Below the pieces are notes generated by a model. That model was not told the origin of the DNA and made no database searches. It saw nothing but the letters and a program-made list of their open reading frames with translations. DNA of 64,000 bases, taken from the NCBI GenBank assembly GCA_965225085.1, contig CBDDBE010000001.1, positions 65,641 to 129,640 of the forward strand, written 5' to 3'. The DNA comes from an uncultured Candidatus Saccharibacteria bacterium. Lineage in GTDB: Bacteria; Patescibacteriota; Saccharimonadia; Saccharimonadales; EFPC-124. The position numbers and the translations under genes were made by a program. Positions 44,366 to 53,422 of this stretch are shown here, piece after piece. Each line of letters opens with the position of its first letter. Position 1 is the stretch's first letter.

Positions 44366-46210
44366 ATGCATATCATTTCACGATTGCTTCAGCGCGTACC
44401 CAAGCGTCTGCTGCCCATGGGCGTCGCAGTCGCCGCTATCGTGATCCCTGCCGCCGTTATGGCTTGGGGTCCCGACCGCCCAACGTATACCATGGCTCAG
44501 CCCGCTGACCATGTAACATTCGACTCTATCACCGACAACTCAGAAGTCGGCGATGAACGCAACTTTTTGACAATCAAGGATGCCACCAACACCGCTGCTG
44601 GCGGCTGGCAAGACAGCGTAACCGCGCAGCCCGGCCACGAGTACTGGGTACGCATCTACGTCCACAACGACGCAGCCAGCAACCTCAACCTAAAGGCTAC
44701 CAACGTACGCACCAAGGTAAACGTCCCAACCACAACTGGCAAGAGCGTACAGCTGGCCGGCTTCATCAGCGCCGACAACGCCGCTCCTCAGGAGATCTGG
44801 GACTCTGCAACCCTGACAAGCACCAGCGATTTCAACGTTGCGTACGAAGCAGGTACTGCACGACTGTCCAACAACGTCTTTGGCCAAACTGGCGCGCTGC
44901 TCAGTGACGACATCGTCACCAGCACTGGCGCACCATTGGGCTACGACAAGCTCGACGGCGTTATCCCTGGCTGTATGCAGTACTCGGGATACGTCACATT
45001 CAAGGTCAAGGTACAAGGCCCACAAAGCACCACCTTTACCGCGAGCAAAATGGTTAGCAAACACGGCGCAAACCAGTGGACCAAGAGCTATGCAGCTCAG
45101 CCCGGCGAAACCGTTGACTACCTGATCCAGTACAAGAACACTGGCACCACTCAGCAAAACAATGTCGTCATCAAGGACCAACTGCCCGCAGGCGAAAGCT
45201 ACATTGCCGGCACATCGATCCTTGGTAACAGCTTGACGCCAACCGGTGCCAAGATTTCCGACAATGTCACGACTGCTTCTGGCGTCAACATCGGTTCATA
45301 CGCTGCTGGTGCAAATGGTTGGGTTATCTTCAGCGCGAAAGTAGCTGATAACGACGCCCTTCCAACCTGTGGTCCGAACACGCTTGTCAACAAGGCAACG
45401 GCCGAAACCGATTCCGGCAGCCAAAGCGACACGGCTGACGTCACGGCCACCAAGACGTGCGTCACGCCTCCAACGCCGGTTTACGAATGTAGCTCGCTGA
45501 ATGTTGCGACAATTTCGCAAACACAGTTCAAGTTTACGGCTAGCTCGCACATTAAAGATGCACAGCTAAAGACCTACACGTTCGTTGTCCGCGATGCCCA
45601 GGGCAAGCAAATCGCTACCCACGACAGCGCTGACGGCACCTATGTATACGATCAAAATACGGTCGGCACATACACCGTACAGGCAACAGTTGTCGTAACC
45701 GTTGACGGCCAGGACAAGACTGCTACCAGCGACGCTTGCACAAAGCCGTTCGAGGTCAAGCAGACTCCTGTTCAGAACAGCTACGTCTGTGAATCTCTGA
45801 CCAAAATTCAGAAAGCACGCGACACATTCGAGTTTACAGTCACCGCTCCGGTGCAAGGCAACGTTAAGGTCAAGGAGTACCACTTTGACTTCGGCGACAG
45901 CCAAAGCATCATCGTTGGTGCCGGCCAGGAAGTGCAAACGCACACTTACAAGACCCCTGGCAGCTACAACGCGAACGTTTCTGTAACATTCGATGTTGCA
46001 GGCAAGACTGTTCCAAACGTAACGAGCGCCAACTGCGCCGTTACTGTTACAGTCGAGCAGCCACCTGTTACTCCTAGCACACCAAACAGCCTGCCAAACA
46101 CAGACTCTGGCGTTGCGCTAGGCGGCCTCTTTGGCACAGGCGCAGTCGGCATGGGTATCAACTCATGGCTCGGCAGCCGTCGCAATATCCGCGGCAGCTT
46201 CAAGCGCTAG
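44366..46210 (+). CDS. Secreted DUF11/PKD-repeat surface protein with an LPNTDSG sorting signal
   Basis: GAAGGAGAG lies before ATG 44366 as a ribosome-binding site. It has a signal peptide, a DUF11-like unit (AQPGETVDYLIQYKNTGTTQQNNVVIKDQLPAG) and PKD-like units (YHFDFGDSQS...HTYKTPGSYNANVSVTF). The C-terminus has LPNTDSG, then a hydrophobic stretch, then SRRNIRGSFKR. Confidence 0.75.
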   Translation: MHIISRLLQRVPKRLLPMGVAVAAIVIPAAVMAWGPDRPTYTMAQPADHVTFDSITDNSEVGDERNFLTIKDATNTAAGGWQDSVTAQPGHEYWVRIYVHNDAASNLNLKATNVRTKVNVPTTTGKSVQLAGFISADNAAPQEIWDSATLTSTSDFNVAYEAGTARLSNNVFGQTGALLSDDIVTSTGAPLGYDKLDGVIPGCMQYSGYVTFKVKVQGPQSTTFTASKMVSKHGANQWTKSYAAQPGETVDYLIQYKNTGTTQQNNVVIKDQLPAGESYIAGTSILGNSLTPTGAKISDNVTTASGVNIGSYAAGANGWVIFSAKVADNDALPTCGPNTLVNKATAETDSGSQSDTADVTATKTCVTPPTPVYECSSLNVATISQTQFKFTASSHIKDAQLKTYTFVVRDAQGKQIATHDSADGTYVYDQNTVGTYTVQATVVVTVDGQDKTATSDACTKPFEVKQTPVQNSYVCESLTKIQKARDTFEFTVTAPVQGNVKVKEYHFDFGDSQSIIVGAGQEVQTHTYKTPGSYNANVSVTFDVAGKTVPNVTSANCAVTVTVEQPPVTPSTPNSLPNTDSGVALGGLFGTGAVGMGINSWLGSRRNIRGSFKR

Positions 46211-46244
46211 AGATCCACGACTGACCGCTCTCCCCAAAATGCAC

Positions 46245-46276
46245 AAACCACCTCTGAATATTCAGGGGTGGTTTTG
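46245..46276 (+). terminator. Rho-independent terminator
   Basis: CCACCTCTGAA-TA-TTCAGGGGTGG is followed by TTTTG. Confidence 0.75.
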
Positions 46277-46284
46277 CATATCTA

Positions 46285-46670
46285 TGATTTTACCTTTTAA
46301 AAACGACCAGCTGGGCGTTACCAGCCCCTAAGCGTGCGGTCGGATCCAGAGGGTTGGTCCGCGGAAGCAAACGACGTCAACCGGGACGCTATCTCCGGAG
46401 TGCGTCCCCATCCATGGCAACCGCCAGCCGCAGGCAGGAAGAGGGTATACTTTTACCACTCTCCAGCGCAGTGGCCTCCACTGCACTCGGCCGGCCACCC
46501 TAGTGCTGATACGTTTCGTCGAGCTGCTCGAAGGTGTGGTGACGAAAAACCCACCGCCACGGCAGACTCGCGCAGAGCCCATGAGGAACTGTTCGAACCC
46601 ACTTGGGTTATCCTTTCGGTATCGCTCTCCTGCGCGGAATCCGCAGAGGAAGAGCTCGAGGAAACCATCA
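46285..46670 (-). other. G+C-rich hairpin-dense non-coding region (candidate ~370-nt structured RNA, family unassigned)
   Basis: No credible CDS: three junk-looking ORFs lie in different frames. Several 7-14-bp hairpins are present, for example GGGACGC..GCGTCCC, GCAGTGG-AGG-CCACTGC and CTCTTCCTCTGCGG-ATT-CCGCGCAGGAGAG. A minus-strand promoter-like TTGCTC-N17-TATGAT sits at 46672-46700, and the minus-strand sequence ends in GTCGTTTTT near 46290. Confidence 0.3.
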
Positions 46671-46671
46671 A

Positions 46672-46700
46672 ATCATATAATGATACGACCGTTTGAGCAA
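46672..46700 (-). promoter_or_regulatory. Candidate promoter reading into the 46285-46670 region
   Basis: On the minus strand, TTGCTC is at 46700-46695 and TATGAT at 46677-46672, with a 17-nt spacer between them. Confidence 0.35.
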
Positions 46701-46730
46701 TAGCAGGCTCTCTTGTATAATACGCTTAGT

Positions 46731-46943
46731 ATGAGTAAGCAAAAGAAAAAACGCACCAAGTCCTACACTGGTCGAGACGCCGCGCACGGCCCAACGGTCC
46801 ACCGCTATACAGCAGAGCTCAAAAGCCCCGCCCGCGAGTGGTGGGATGGCCACAAACGCGCTATCAAATACACCACGTATATCGGTGGTGGTGGCATCCT
46901 GGTCGTGTGGCTGCTAACCGAGTTCTTTCGAATGGTCTTCTAG
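46731..46943 (+). CDS. Small basic membrane protein
   Basis: MSKQKKKRTKSYTG... with the C-terminal TM segment IGGGGILVVWLLTEFF. The extended -10 TGTATAAT (46714-46721) ends only 9 nt before the ATG, so the mRNA would be near-leaderless. Confidence 0.5.
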   Translation: MSKQKKKRTKSYTGRDAAHGPTVHRYTAELKSPAREWWDGHKRAIKYTTYIGGGGILVVWLLTEFFRMVF

Positions 46944-49088
46944 GCCAGTTGGCTGATGCAGGGGCAGCCGAAATCCAAACGTGCTACCTTTGCCTTCGGT
47001 ACTGCTAAAAATAACTGAACCGCCGTGCGCCACAATGACCTTCTTGGCCATGAACAGCCCTATCCCCGTGCCATCTGGCCGGGCCGTGCGTGCATTACTG
47101 GCACGGTAAAACTTGGTAAACAAATGGTGCCGCTCGCTGGCGGGCACACCTATACCGTCATCCTGAACAGTCAGCGCTACTTCTTTAGCAGTACGAACCA
47201 GGTCAATGTGTATGACGCCCCCGGGGCGGGAATAAAAGATCGCGTTATCGATAAAGTTCATTATCGCTTGCCGGAGCTTGCCTTCATCGAGCTGAAGTGT
47301 CGGAAAATTACTGGGCACGCTGCACTGCAAGGTAATGTTGCGGTCTTGCGCTGCGGTTTCTAGCTGCTTCGCCTCCTGTTGGACGACCTGGCTCAGAACT
47401 ACTGGCGTACGTTCGATGGTAAATTTGCCAGTTTGCAGTCGCGATACGTTGAGAAAATCGCTGATAAGGTACACCATTCGCTGCGAGCTACCAAAAGCCT
47501 GCTCCAACAGTTGCCGTTGCGTCTGGTTCAGGGTGCCCGCGTCGCCCTCGAGCACCATCGAGAGGTAGCCTTTTACGCTGGTGAGCGGCGTACGCAATTG
47601 GTGTGACGCCATGCTGATGAACTCGTCCTTGGCTTCGTCAAGCGACTTTAGTTTCTTGTTACTGGCGCGCAGTTCGCCCGTAGCTTCGCGTATCTGGCCC
47701 TGTAGCGTCTCGTTGAAATGCGAAATCTCCTCGAAACGGAGTGTATTCTGAACCGCCACGCCTAGGCCATCCGATGCCGTCTCGAGCATTGCCAGATCTT
47801 GCTTGTGGTAGGATGTACCGTTCAGCTTGTATCCGCACAGTATGTACCCGACATCTTGCCCAGTAGGCTTGAGGCTGAGGACCACTGCGACACCATGATT
47901 GTCCAATGCCTCCAACGGAAGGCCTTGACCACCTTGGGCTAGTTCTTCGGCCACCAAAACCGCATGATGCGGCAGCCTACTCAGTACCAGATCGTCCAGG
48001 CCTTTTGGTCGCTTACCGGTGTACGTCGCTAGACGCATCGCATTCTCGCCCGGAGCCTTGGTGTATGCTGCCAAAAAAACCGGGTGCAGCACATCGCCCA
48101 GTACATCCATCGACTTAGCCAGCAACAGCTTAGACGAAACACTGCGCGAGGCGATATCGCCCAACTGGTTTAGGACAAATTTGACATCGTACAAATCCTG
48201 AAAAAACACACGCCGCGTCACGATATCGAAGAAGGCTCGAAGCGGTTGATACGCTAGCGCTGCGATCAGCAGGAAACCTATATACGCTGCGCGCTGCCCG
48301 GCGCTGCTGTTGCCACCCAGGAACCTATCCACCAAAAAGAACGATGCCAATGCAAACCACACCGCAAGCGTCCCAAGCGTCAGCGTGTAGGTGAGCGTAC
48401 GGGCAGCAACCAATCGCACGCTGAACAGCTGCTGGCGAACGATTGCATACGTGATGATACCAGCAAACAGCAGCGCAGAGTACGTACCGTATCGCGCCAA
48501 CGGGTTCGTGCCGGTCACAAGCGGCAGCAGCAAATTGGTCATAGAACTGATGATAGCCATAATCAGCACGCCCGCCAGGATAAGCCTCAGACGATCACGC
48601 GCCACGCCTCGTTCAGCTCGGAATTTCCGCACTAGTAGCACAACCGCTCCACCCACAAAAACCACAAAATAGATCAAGAATAGAATGTACAGCGGGCCCG
48701 TGACGACATTTGACGTCCCACCGCTGAACTCAACTGACGGTATAAATAACGGCAACCATGCGACCGCTCCCATCACCGCCGTTGCGGGCCAAAACAACAT
48801 CTGACGCGGTATCGACAAAGGGACCTCGTGGGGGAAATTCCACACGAAAGCCAGGAAGGCCGCGGCAGCTACCACAACAGCTTCGAAGGTAAGTCGTGTC
48901 CAAAACAGCGATCTGACTGGGTCAGAATCTGCCAGCCCATTGGCCGCGACCCATCCGGCAAGTGCCACGCACAGAACCGCGAAGCTACGACGCGCGCGCG
49001 ATTTGCCCGACCCAGTGGCGATAAAACCGCCTAACATCAACAGCGACACGCATACGAGCAGGGTCGCCAAAAAGCTTACGCTTACCAT
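46914..49088 (-). CDS. Sensor histidine kinase with a multi-TM N-terminal sensor region
   Basis: 724 aa with about 7 N-terminal TM segments and a GAF-like middle. The H-box is SMASHQLRTPLTSVKGYL and the ATPase G-box is GTGIGLFMAKKVIVAHGG. Confidence 0.85.
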   Translation of the reverse strand: MVSVSFLATLLVCVSLLMLGGFIATGSGKSRARRSFAVLCVALAGWVAANGLADSDPVRSLFWTRLTFEAVVVAAAAFLAFVWNFPHEVPLSIPRQMLFWPATAVMGAVAWLPLFIPSVEFSGGTSNVVTGPLYILFLIYFVVFVGGAVVLLVRKFRAERGVARDRLRLILAGVLIMAIISSMTNLLLPLVTGTNPLARYGTYSALLFAGIITYAIVRQQLFSVRLVAARTLTYTLTLGTLAVWFALASFFLVDRFLGGNSSAGQRAAYIGFLLIAALAYQPLRAFFDIVTRRVFFQDLYDVKFVLNQLGDIASRSVSSKLLLAKSMDVLGDVLHPVFLAAYTKAPGENAMRLATYTGKRPKGLDDLVLSRLPHHAVLVAEELAQGGQGLPLEALDNHGVAVVLSLKPTGQDVGYILCGYKLNGTSYHKQDLAMLETASDGLGVAVQNTLRFEEISHFNETLQGQIREATGELRASNKKLKSLDEAKDEFISMASHQLRTPLTSVKGYLSMVLEGDAGTLNQTQRQLLEQAFGSSQRMVYLISDFLNVSRLQTGKFTIERTPVVLSQVVQQEAKQLETAAQDRNITLQCSVPSNFPTLQLDEGKLRQAIMNFIDNAIFYSRPGGVIHIDLVRTAKEVALTVQDDGIGVPASERHHLFTKFYRASNARTARPDGTGIGLFMAKKVIVAHGGSVIFSSTEGKGSTFGFRLPLHQPTGLEDHSKELG

Positions 49089-49100
49089 ATAGGTATAGTA

Positions 49101-49826
49101 TCATGATGCGGGTCGAGTCACAGAGAACAATAAGTTTACTCCATCTTGCTCACCCCCATAACACCGCCGCGTGGGCGACATCTGACCGCCGGCACGTTCT
49201 ACCTCGGCGCGGATCTGCTGCTCGCCCAGAAACGCAAACTGTCCGGTTCGCGCCAGCATGCTAATCAACGCGTCGACTACGCCCACCACGACCAGCCGAG
49301 GATGCAGCAGCGACACAAACGACGCATGCTGCATGTGTTCACGGATAATTGGCGCGCTTCCGCCCCTGTCAGAATTCGTAACGACAATGCAGCCGCGTGG
49401 CTTAGCGACGCGTAAAAGCTCCGCCCATAAGCCTGCACGGTCCTCGATCGCATACAGTACATTGCTGAGCAAAATGACATCCGCCGATTGCGCCGGCTGA
49501 CGAGCTAGGAATTCGACCACATCAGCATGTACGAAGTGCGGCATATGGCCTGAAGCAAACTTGCGAGGCGCGTGCCGCAGCATGCGAGACGAAGCATCTA
49601 CCCCAATAAGCTCCACGTCCGGTATATTCTGGAGCATAGCCAACATATTCCCGGTGCCACACCCTGCGTCGATAACGCGCATCCCCGACTGCACATCTGC
49701 TGTCTGCGCCATCTGCTCCAGCAGATGTCGATACGGATACAACCGCAGTAGCCCGTCGTACACATTGGCATAGACTTGCCACAGTGCATCGATGATGCGT
49801 TCTTTACCAAATTTTGGGCTACTCAT
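49101..49826 (-). CDS. Class I SAM-dependent methyltransferase
   Basis: Motif I VIDAGCGTGNM is present. An 8-nt overlap with the upstream N-acyl synthase-like gene suggests an operon. Confidence 0.8.
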   Translation of the reverse strand: MSSPKFGKERIIDALWQVYANVYDGLLRLYPYRHLLEQMAQTADVQSGMRVIDAGCGTGNMLAMLQNIPDVELIGVDASSRMLRHAPRKFASGHMPHFVHADVVEFLARQPAQSADVILLSNVLYAIEDRAGLWAELLRVAKPRGCIVVTNSDRGGSAPIIREHMQHASFVSLLHPRLVVVGVVDALISMLARTGQFAFLGEQQIRAEVERAGGQMSPTRRCYGGEQDGVNLLFSVTRPAS

Positions 49827-50607
49827 ATCGCTTCAACTCCTCATATGCTTTCTGTTCCTTTGGCATCAAATACTCCACCGGGAGTCCTCTGATGAAAAAC
49901 GCCACAACTCTGCGGCGTACGGCCCTTTTCAGTGATCGCCTGCCGCTTAGGCTTTGGCGCAGAGCCTGGACAGACGACTGGACATCCAATATAGCCGGTA
50001 CGACGTTTCCGCCGGGATAGGCTGTGACCCGGCCAGCACGTTTGATAGCTGGACCGAATAACGCCTGCAATCGATCAAACAATCGCGTATCGCACGCCAT
50101 CAGCCACAATTGATGACGTTCGCGAATAGATTGATGCCACATCGCCCTATAGAGCAAAAGCGGCACGATCGAATCGGCCGCCTGATGTTTGGCAAGTCCT
50201 GAAATCTCGACACAATCGTAGGGTGCATGAGTGCTTATCAACCGCCTGGTACGTTTGTACAAATTCGTACTCGCAAACATCGGAAAGGAATAATGTCCGT
50301 GTTTGCGGCGTGCATGAATCTGCCGCACCGTCGCTATAACCGTATGGGTGTGAGTGTCCATTGCTACAAAATAAGACGCATGAGCCTGGTGCGGATCCGC
50401 CCGAAGCGTAATCTGGCCGCCATGCACATCGCTGGGCTGCACAAAACCCCGACGCAAATATACCGACGCGTGTAAACGCTTGGCAGCGGCGAGATGTTCG
50501 GGATTTTGCACCGCGAACACCTCTATGTGCTGATGCTGAGGGCTTCGAAAAGCCCTCCAATAGCTCAGCACAGCTTTTATATGGCGCGGGTATTTTAGTA
50601 GGTTCAC
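49819..50607 (-). CDS. GNAT-fold N-acyl amino acid synthase-like protein (OlsB/FeeM/LuxI-like family)
   Basis: 262 aa with AAKRLHASVYLRRGFV..., ...VIATVRQI..., VEISGLAKH and LLLYRAMWHQSI...LFDRLQALFG. This follows the layout of acyl-ACP-dependent N-acyltransferases. The assignment rests on pattern only. Confidence 0.55.
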   Translation of the reverse strand: MNLLKYPRHIKAVLSYWRAFRSPQHQHIEVFAVQNPEHLAAAKRLHASVYLRRGFVQPSDVHGGQITLRADPHQAHASYFVAMDTHTHTVIATVRQIHARRKHGHYSFPMFASTNLYKRTRRLISTHAPYDCVEISGLAKHQAADSIVPLLLYRAMWHQSIRERHQLWLMACDTRLFDRLQALFGPAIKRAGRVTAYPGGNVVPAILDVQSSVQALRQSLSGRRSLKRAVRRRVVAFFIRGLPVEYLMPKEQKAYEELKRYE

Positions 50608-50655
50608 TAAAGTACCGTATTGTGCGAACTGAGCATTTGATGTTATACCTACAGT

Positions 50656-51249
50656 ATGATTGTATCAGGTCTAGGTACTATACGTAAAATAGTTCATGCA
50701 TGTACGCAACTGGTTGTGATTAGTATTCTAAAAGTTGTGTACCTCCCTCGAACCAAACGATCATACGCATCGTTTGCACCGCAGCGCAATTTCATCATCG
50801 CCGCTAACCATCGACGGGCAGCTGATCCGTTCATCATCTGTTCCACCCTGCCATATCGTCAGAGTTTACGACTGCTACCATTCGCCTTTATGACGGCCGA
50901 CATCTTCTACGATTCGCCCCTTAGACCTCTCATGTGGCTACTGGGTTGCTACCCAGCCCGCAACCTTAGCGGCAAGCACAGACGCTTCGGCATCGATGCC
51001 TCGGTTCAATTTCTGAGCGAGGGTTACAGTATGGTGATATTCCCCGAGGGCAAACGCATTCCGCTTGGACAGCGTGGGCCAGCATATCCGGGCGTCTATA
51101 CTATCCATCGGTCGGTTCCGGATGTCCCAATCGCCATCTGTCACATCGAGTATGACCGTTCATCTCGACCTATCAATGTGCGCGTAGCTGAGCTAACCTC
51201 GCCACCCACCAACGCCGAAAAAATCATGGACCGGATTTATGAGCTATAA
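50656..51249 (+). CDS. Lysophospholipid (PlsC/OlsA-type) acyltransferase
   Basis: The HX4D motif NHRRAADP and the FPEGKR motif are present. 197 aa. Confidence 0.75.
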   Translation: MIVSGLGTIRKIVHACTQLVVISILKVVYLPRTKRSYASFAPQRNFIIAANHRRAADPFIICSTLPYRQSLRLLPFAFMTADIFYDSPLRPLMWLLGCYPARNLSGKHRRFGIDASVQFLSEGYSMVIFPEGKRIPLGQRGPAYPGVYTIHRSVPDVPIAICHIEYDRSSRPINVRVAELTSPPTNAEKIMDRIYEL

Positions 51250-51271
51250 TAGCCTAAAAGGACTTGTACCC

Positions 51272-51643
51272 ATGACCAAAATAGCCATTATCGAAGACGA
51301 CGCCGTTATCTCCCAGATGTACCGCATGAAGTTCGAAGCCGAAGGTTTCGAAGTTGAGGTAGCGACCAACGGCAAAATCGGCGTGGACTTGGTCGAGAAG
51401 ATGCGCCCCGATATCATCTTACTGGACCTACGCATGCCCGAAATGGACGGCGCCGAAGCACTCGGGCTTATCCGCCAGCACGATTGGGGCAAGCATCTCC
51501 CTGTTCTTATCCTGACAAATGTCGGCGAAGAGGAAGCGCCCGAGGAGCTTAAAAAACTCAATGTCCTCAGCTACATCGTCAAAGCCGACCTCACCCCCAG
51601 CCAGGTGACGGCCAAAGTTAAAGAGGTTCTGAAGAAGAAGTAG
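51272..51643 (+). CDS. Single-domain response regulator (receiver only)
   Basis: Starts MTKIAIIEDD. The phospho-acceptor context is DIILLDLRMPEMDG, and LILTN and VKAD are present. There is no output domain. Confidence 0.85.
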   Translation: MTKIAIIEDDAVISQMYRMKFEAEGFEVEVATNGKIGVDLVEKMRPDIILLDLRMPEMDGAEALGLIRQHDWGKHLPVLILTNVGEEEAPEELKKLNVLSYIVKADLTPSQVTAKVKEVLKKK

Positions 51644-52439
51644 ATCGCTGCGCTGCGGCGATAACATTCTCGAATAGCGCACACACCGTCAGCGGTCCGA
51701 CGCCACCTTTTGGAGGCGTAATAATAAGATCGTCTCGCTCGCGGACATCCGCCGCAAGGTCACCAACCAGCTTGCCCGCGTCAGTCGCTACGCCAGCGTC
51801 TACCACAACCGCCCCGGGGCGGATCATGTCACTCTTTATGAGCCCCGCCTGGCCTGTTGCAGTAATCAGCACTTCCGCGCTGCGAGTCAGCATGGGCAAA
51901 TCCTGGGTGCTAGCATCAGCAGTGTGTACATCGAGCCCGCTGTCGCGAAGCATCTGCGCAAGCGGTTTACCAACCAACCGCCCTTGTCCGACAATCACAA
52001 TCTTCTTGCCGCGCAACTCGACATTATAGCCGGCCAGTAGCCACGTAATGGCTGTTGGCGTCGCTGGATCAAAATGCGGATCGCGCCCCAGCCCATCGAC
52101 ATCCTTTGCCGGATCGACCGCGTTGACGAGCTCGTCGGTCTGCTCGGGGTCAGTAACCGGCAGCTGCACGATAATGCCGTGCACACTCGGGTCGGCGTTC
52201 AACGCTCGGATCGTCTCAAGCGCCTTAGCCTGATCGACCACATGTGGCTCTACGTCCACCAAAATATCAGCGCCATATGCTTGCTTTAGTCGAACGTAGG
52301 TATCGATAACCGGCGTCTGGTTAGCCTGAACAATTGCGAGTTTGGGTGCGACGTGACTCGCCTGGCGGAGGCCACGAACCTGGCGTGCCTGACGCTCTTT
52401 GATAAAACCAGCCAAATCACTTCCACTGAGTAAACGCAT
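51618..52439 (-). CDS. folD: Bifunctional methylenetetrahydrofolate dehydrogenase/cyclohydrolase
   Basis: 273 aa with a FolD-like layout (VIDTYVRLK, GIIVQLP, VVIVGQGRLVGKPLAQML, PKGGVGPLTVCALFEN). Confidence 0.9.
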   Translation of the reverse strand: MRLLSGSDLAGFIKERQARQVRGLRQASHVAPKLAIVQANQTPVIDTYVRLKQAYGADILVDVEPHVVDQAKALETIRALNADPSVHGIIVQLPVTDPEQTDELVNAVDPAKDVDGLGRDPHFDPATPTAITWLLAGYNVELRGKKIVIVGQGRLVGKPLAQMLRDSGLDVHTADASTQDLPMLTRSAEVLITATGQAGLIKSDMIRPGAVVVDAGVATDAGKLVGDLAADVRERDDLIITPPKGGVGPLTVCALFENVIAAAQRSTSSSEPL

Positions 52440-52552
52440 GTTGGTTCTATTGTACCACCTCTGTTGTTGTTATCATAATCACGCAGGTTGCAAAACACTA
52501 TTTCTTCTGTAGAATTGTGCGGGGACATTAGCCCACAATCGAAAGGTCAGCC

Positions 52553-52750
52553 ATGTCCGAGATTGACTATCCTTGCCAGGAACACTCCGCAAAACCCCGT
52601 CCGACATACGGCACGAAGGATCAGGCGATTGCCGCTCTAGAAAGGTGGTATGCGAGCACAGGCATGAACACACAAAAAGCTAAAAAGGCGGCCAAAGATG
52701 CCATCCAACCCAAGCAGTGCCCAGGCTGCGAAATGTGGTTCAACCAATAA
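52553..52750 (+). CDS. Small hypothetical protein with a C-terminal CPGC
   Basis: 65-aa orphan. No motif beyond CxxC. Confidence 0.35.
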   Translation: MSEIDYPCQEHSAKPRPTYGTKDQAIAALERWYASTGMNTQKAKKAAKDAIQPKQCPGCEMWFNQ

Positions 52751-52864
52751 CCTGTCAGCACATCGCTGAATATGTCGCCATTTTGATCACAATTCAAGGT
52801 CAAGATGGCGGCATTGTTAATAAACTCATGAGGTAAGGGCGCGGCAAGCACCTTACTTTAGTGA

Positions 52865-53305
52865 TCAGTCGTACTCAAGTACAACCGCGCACCGAATATG
52901 CACGATCCGATCCGACTCATCCAGCCAATAGACTTCGACAACCCGCAGACGCACACTCTGGCCCTTGGCAATCTCGACTCTTGGCTGAAAGCCCGGGAAA
53001 CTGCCCGGGTACTGGCCAGCGATCTCAAGCTCCACACGCACGCAACCCACCGCGCCATAGTCTGCCGACCGAAGATCAGAAGGCAGAATATGTGTTTGCT
53101 TGAGATCAAGGCCTCGACCCGCAAGGTACACAGCCCGCTCACGCAGCCAGGCCAGTACGCTCCTGCTTCCGCTGACTTTCTCTTCCGTGCTCACCAGCTC
53201 AAGGACGGCGTACGGCGCCACATGTGCCGCCAGCTCCTCGAACCGCTCCGTACAAAGCAGCCTGCAGTAGTCCTGCACGGCCGTAATATGATCCGCCATA
53301 AACAC
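52865..53305 (-). CDS. Hypothetical protein (possible NTF2/SnoaL-like fold)
   Basis: 146 aa in a G+C-rich patch. The fold guess comes only from size and pattern. Confidence 0.45.
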   Translation of the reverse strand: MFMADHITAVQDYCRLLCTERFEELAAHVAPYAVLELVSTEEKVSGSRSVLAWLRERAVYLAGRGLDLKQTHILPSDLRSADYGAVGCVRVELEIAGQYPGSFPGFQPRVEIAKGQSVRLRVVEVYWLDESDRIVHIRCAVVLEYD

Positions 53306-53422
53306 CCCTTAGGGTTCAGGCTTGCCGCGCCCTCCACATGGTATACCGCAGTGCGGCTAAAAATGCAAAAATAAGATTATGAGTAAGGGCGCGTGGCGGT
53401 GGTCCTTACTCGTTACGCGTTA

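Noticed and set aside
46285-46670. Possibility that this region is RNase P RNA, tmRNA or SRP RNA
   Set aside because: I looked on both strands for the universally conserved P4 strands (GAGGAAAGUCC / ACAGAA..CGGCUUA). I also looked for a tRNA-like 3' end with CCACCA plus an alanine-rich tag ORF, and for the SRP helix-8 GGAA/AGCA motif. None is present. A GCTGG-TAACGC-CCAGC hairpin resembles RNase P P8 but is isolated. The region is kept only as an unassigned candidate.
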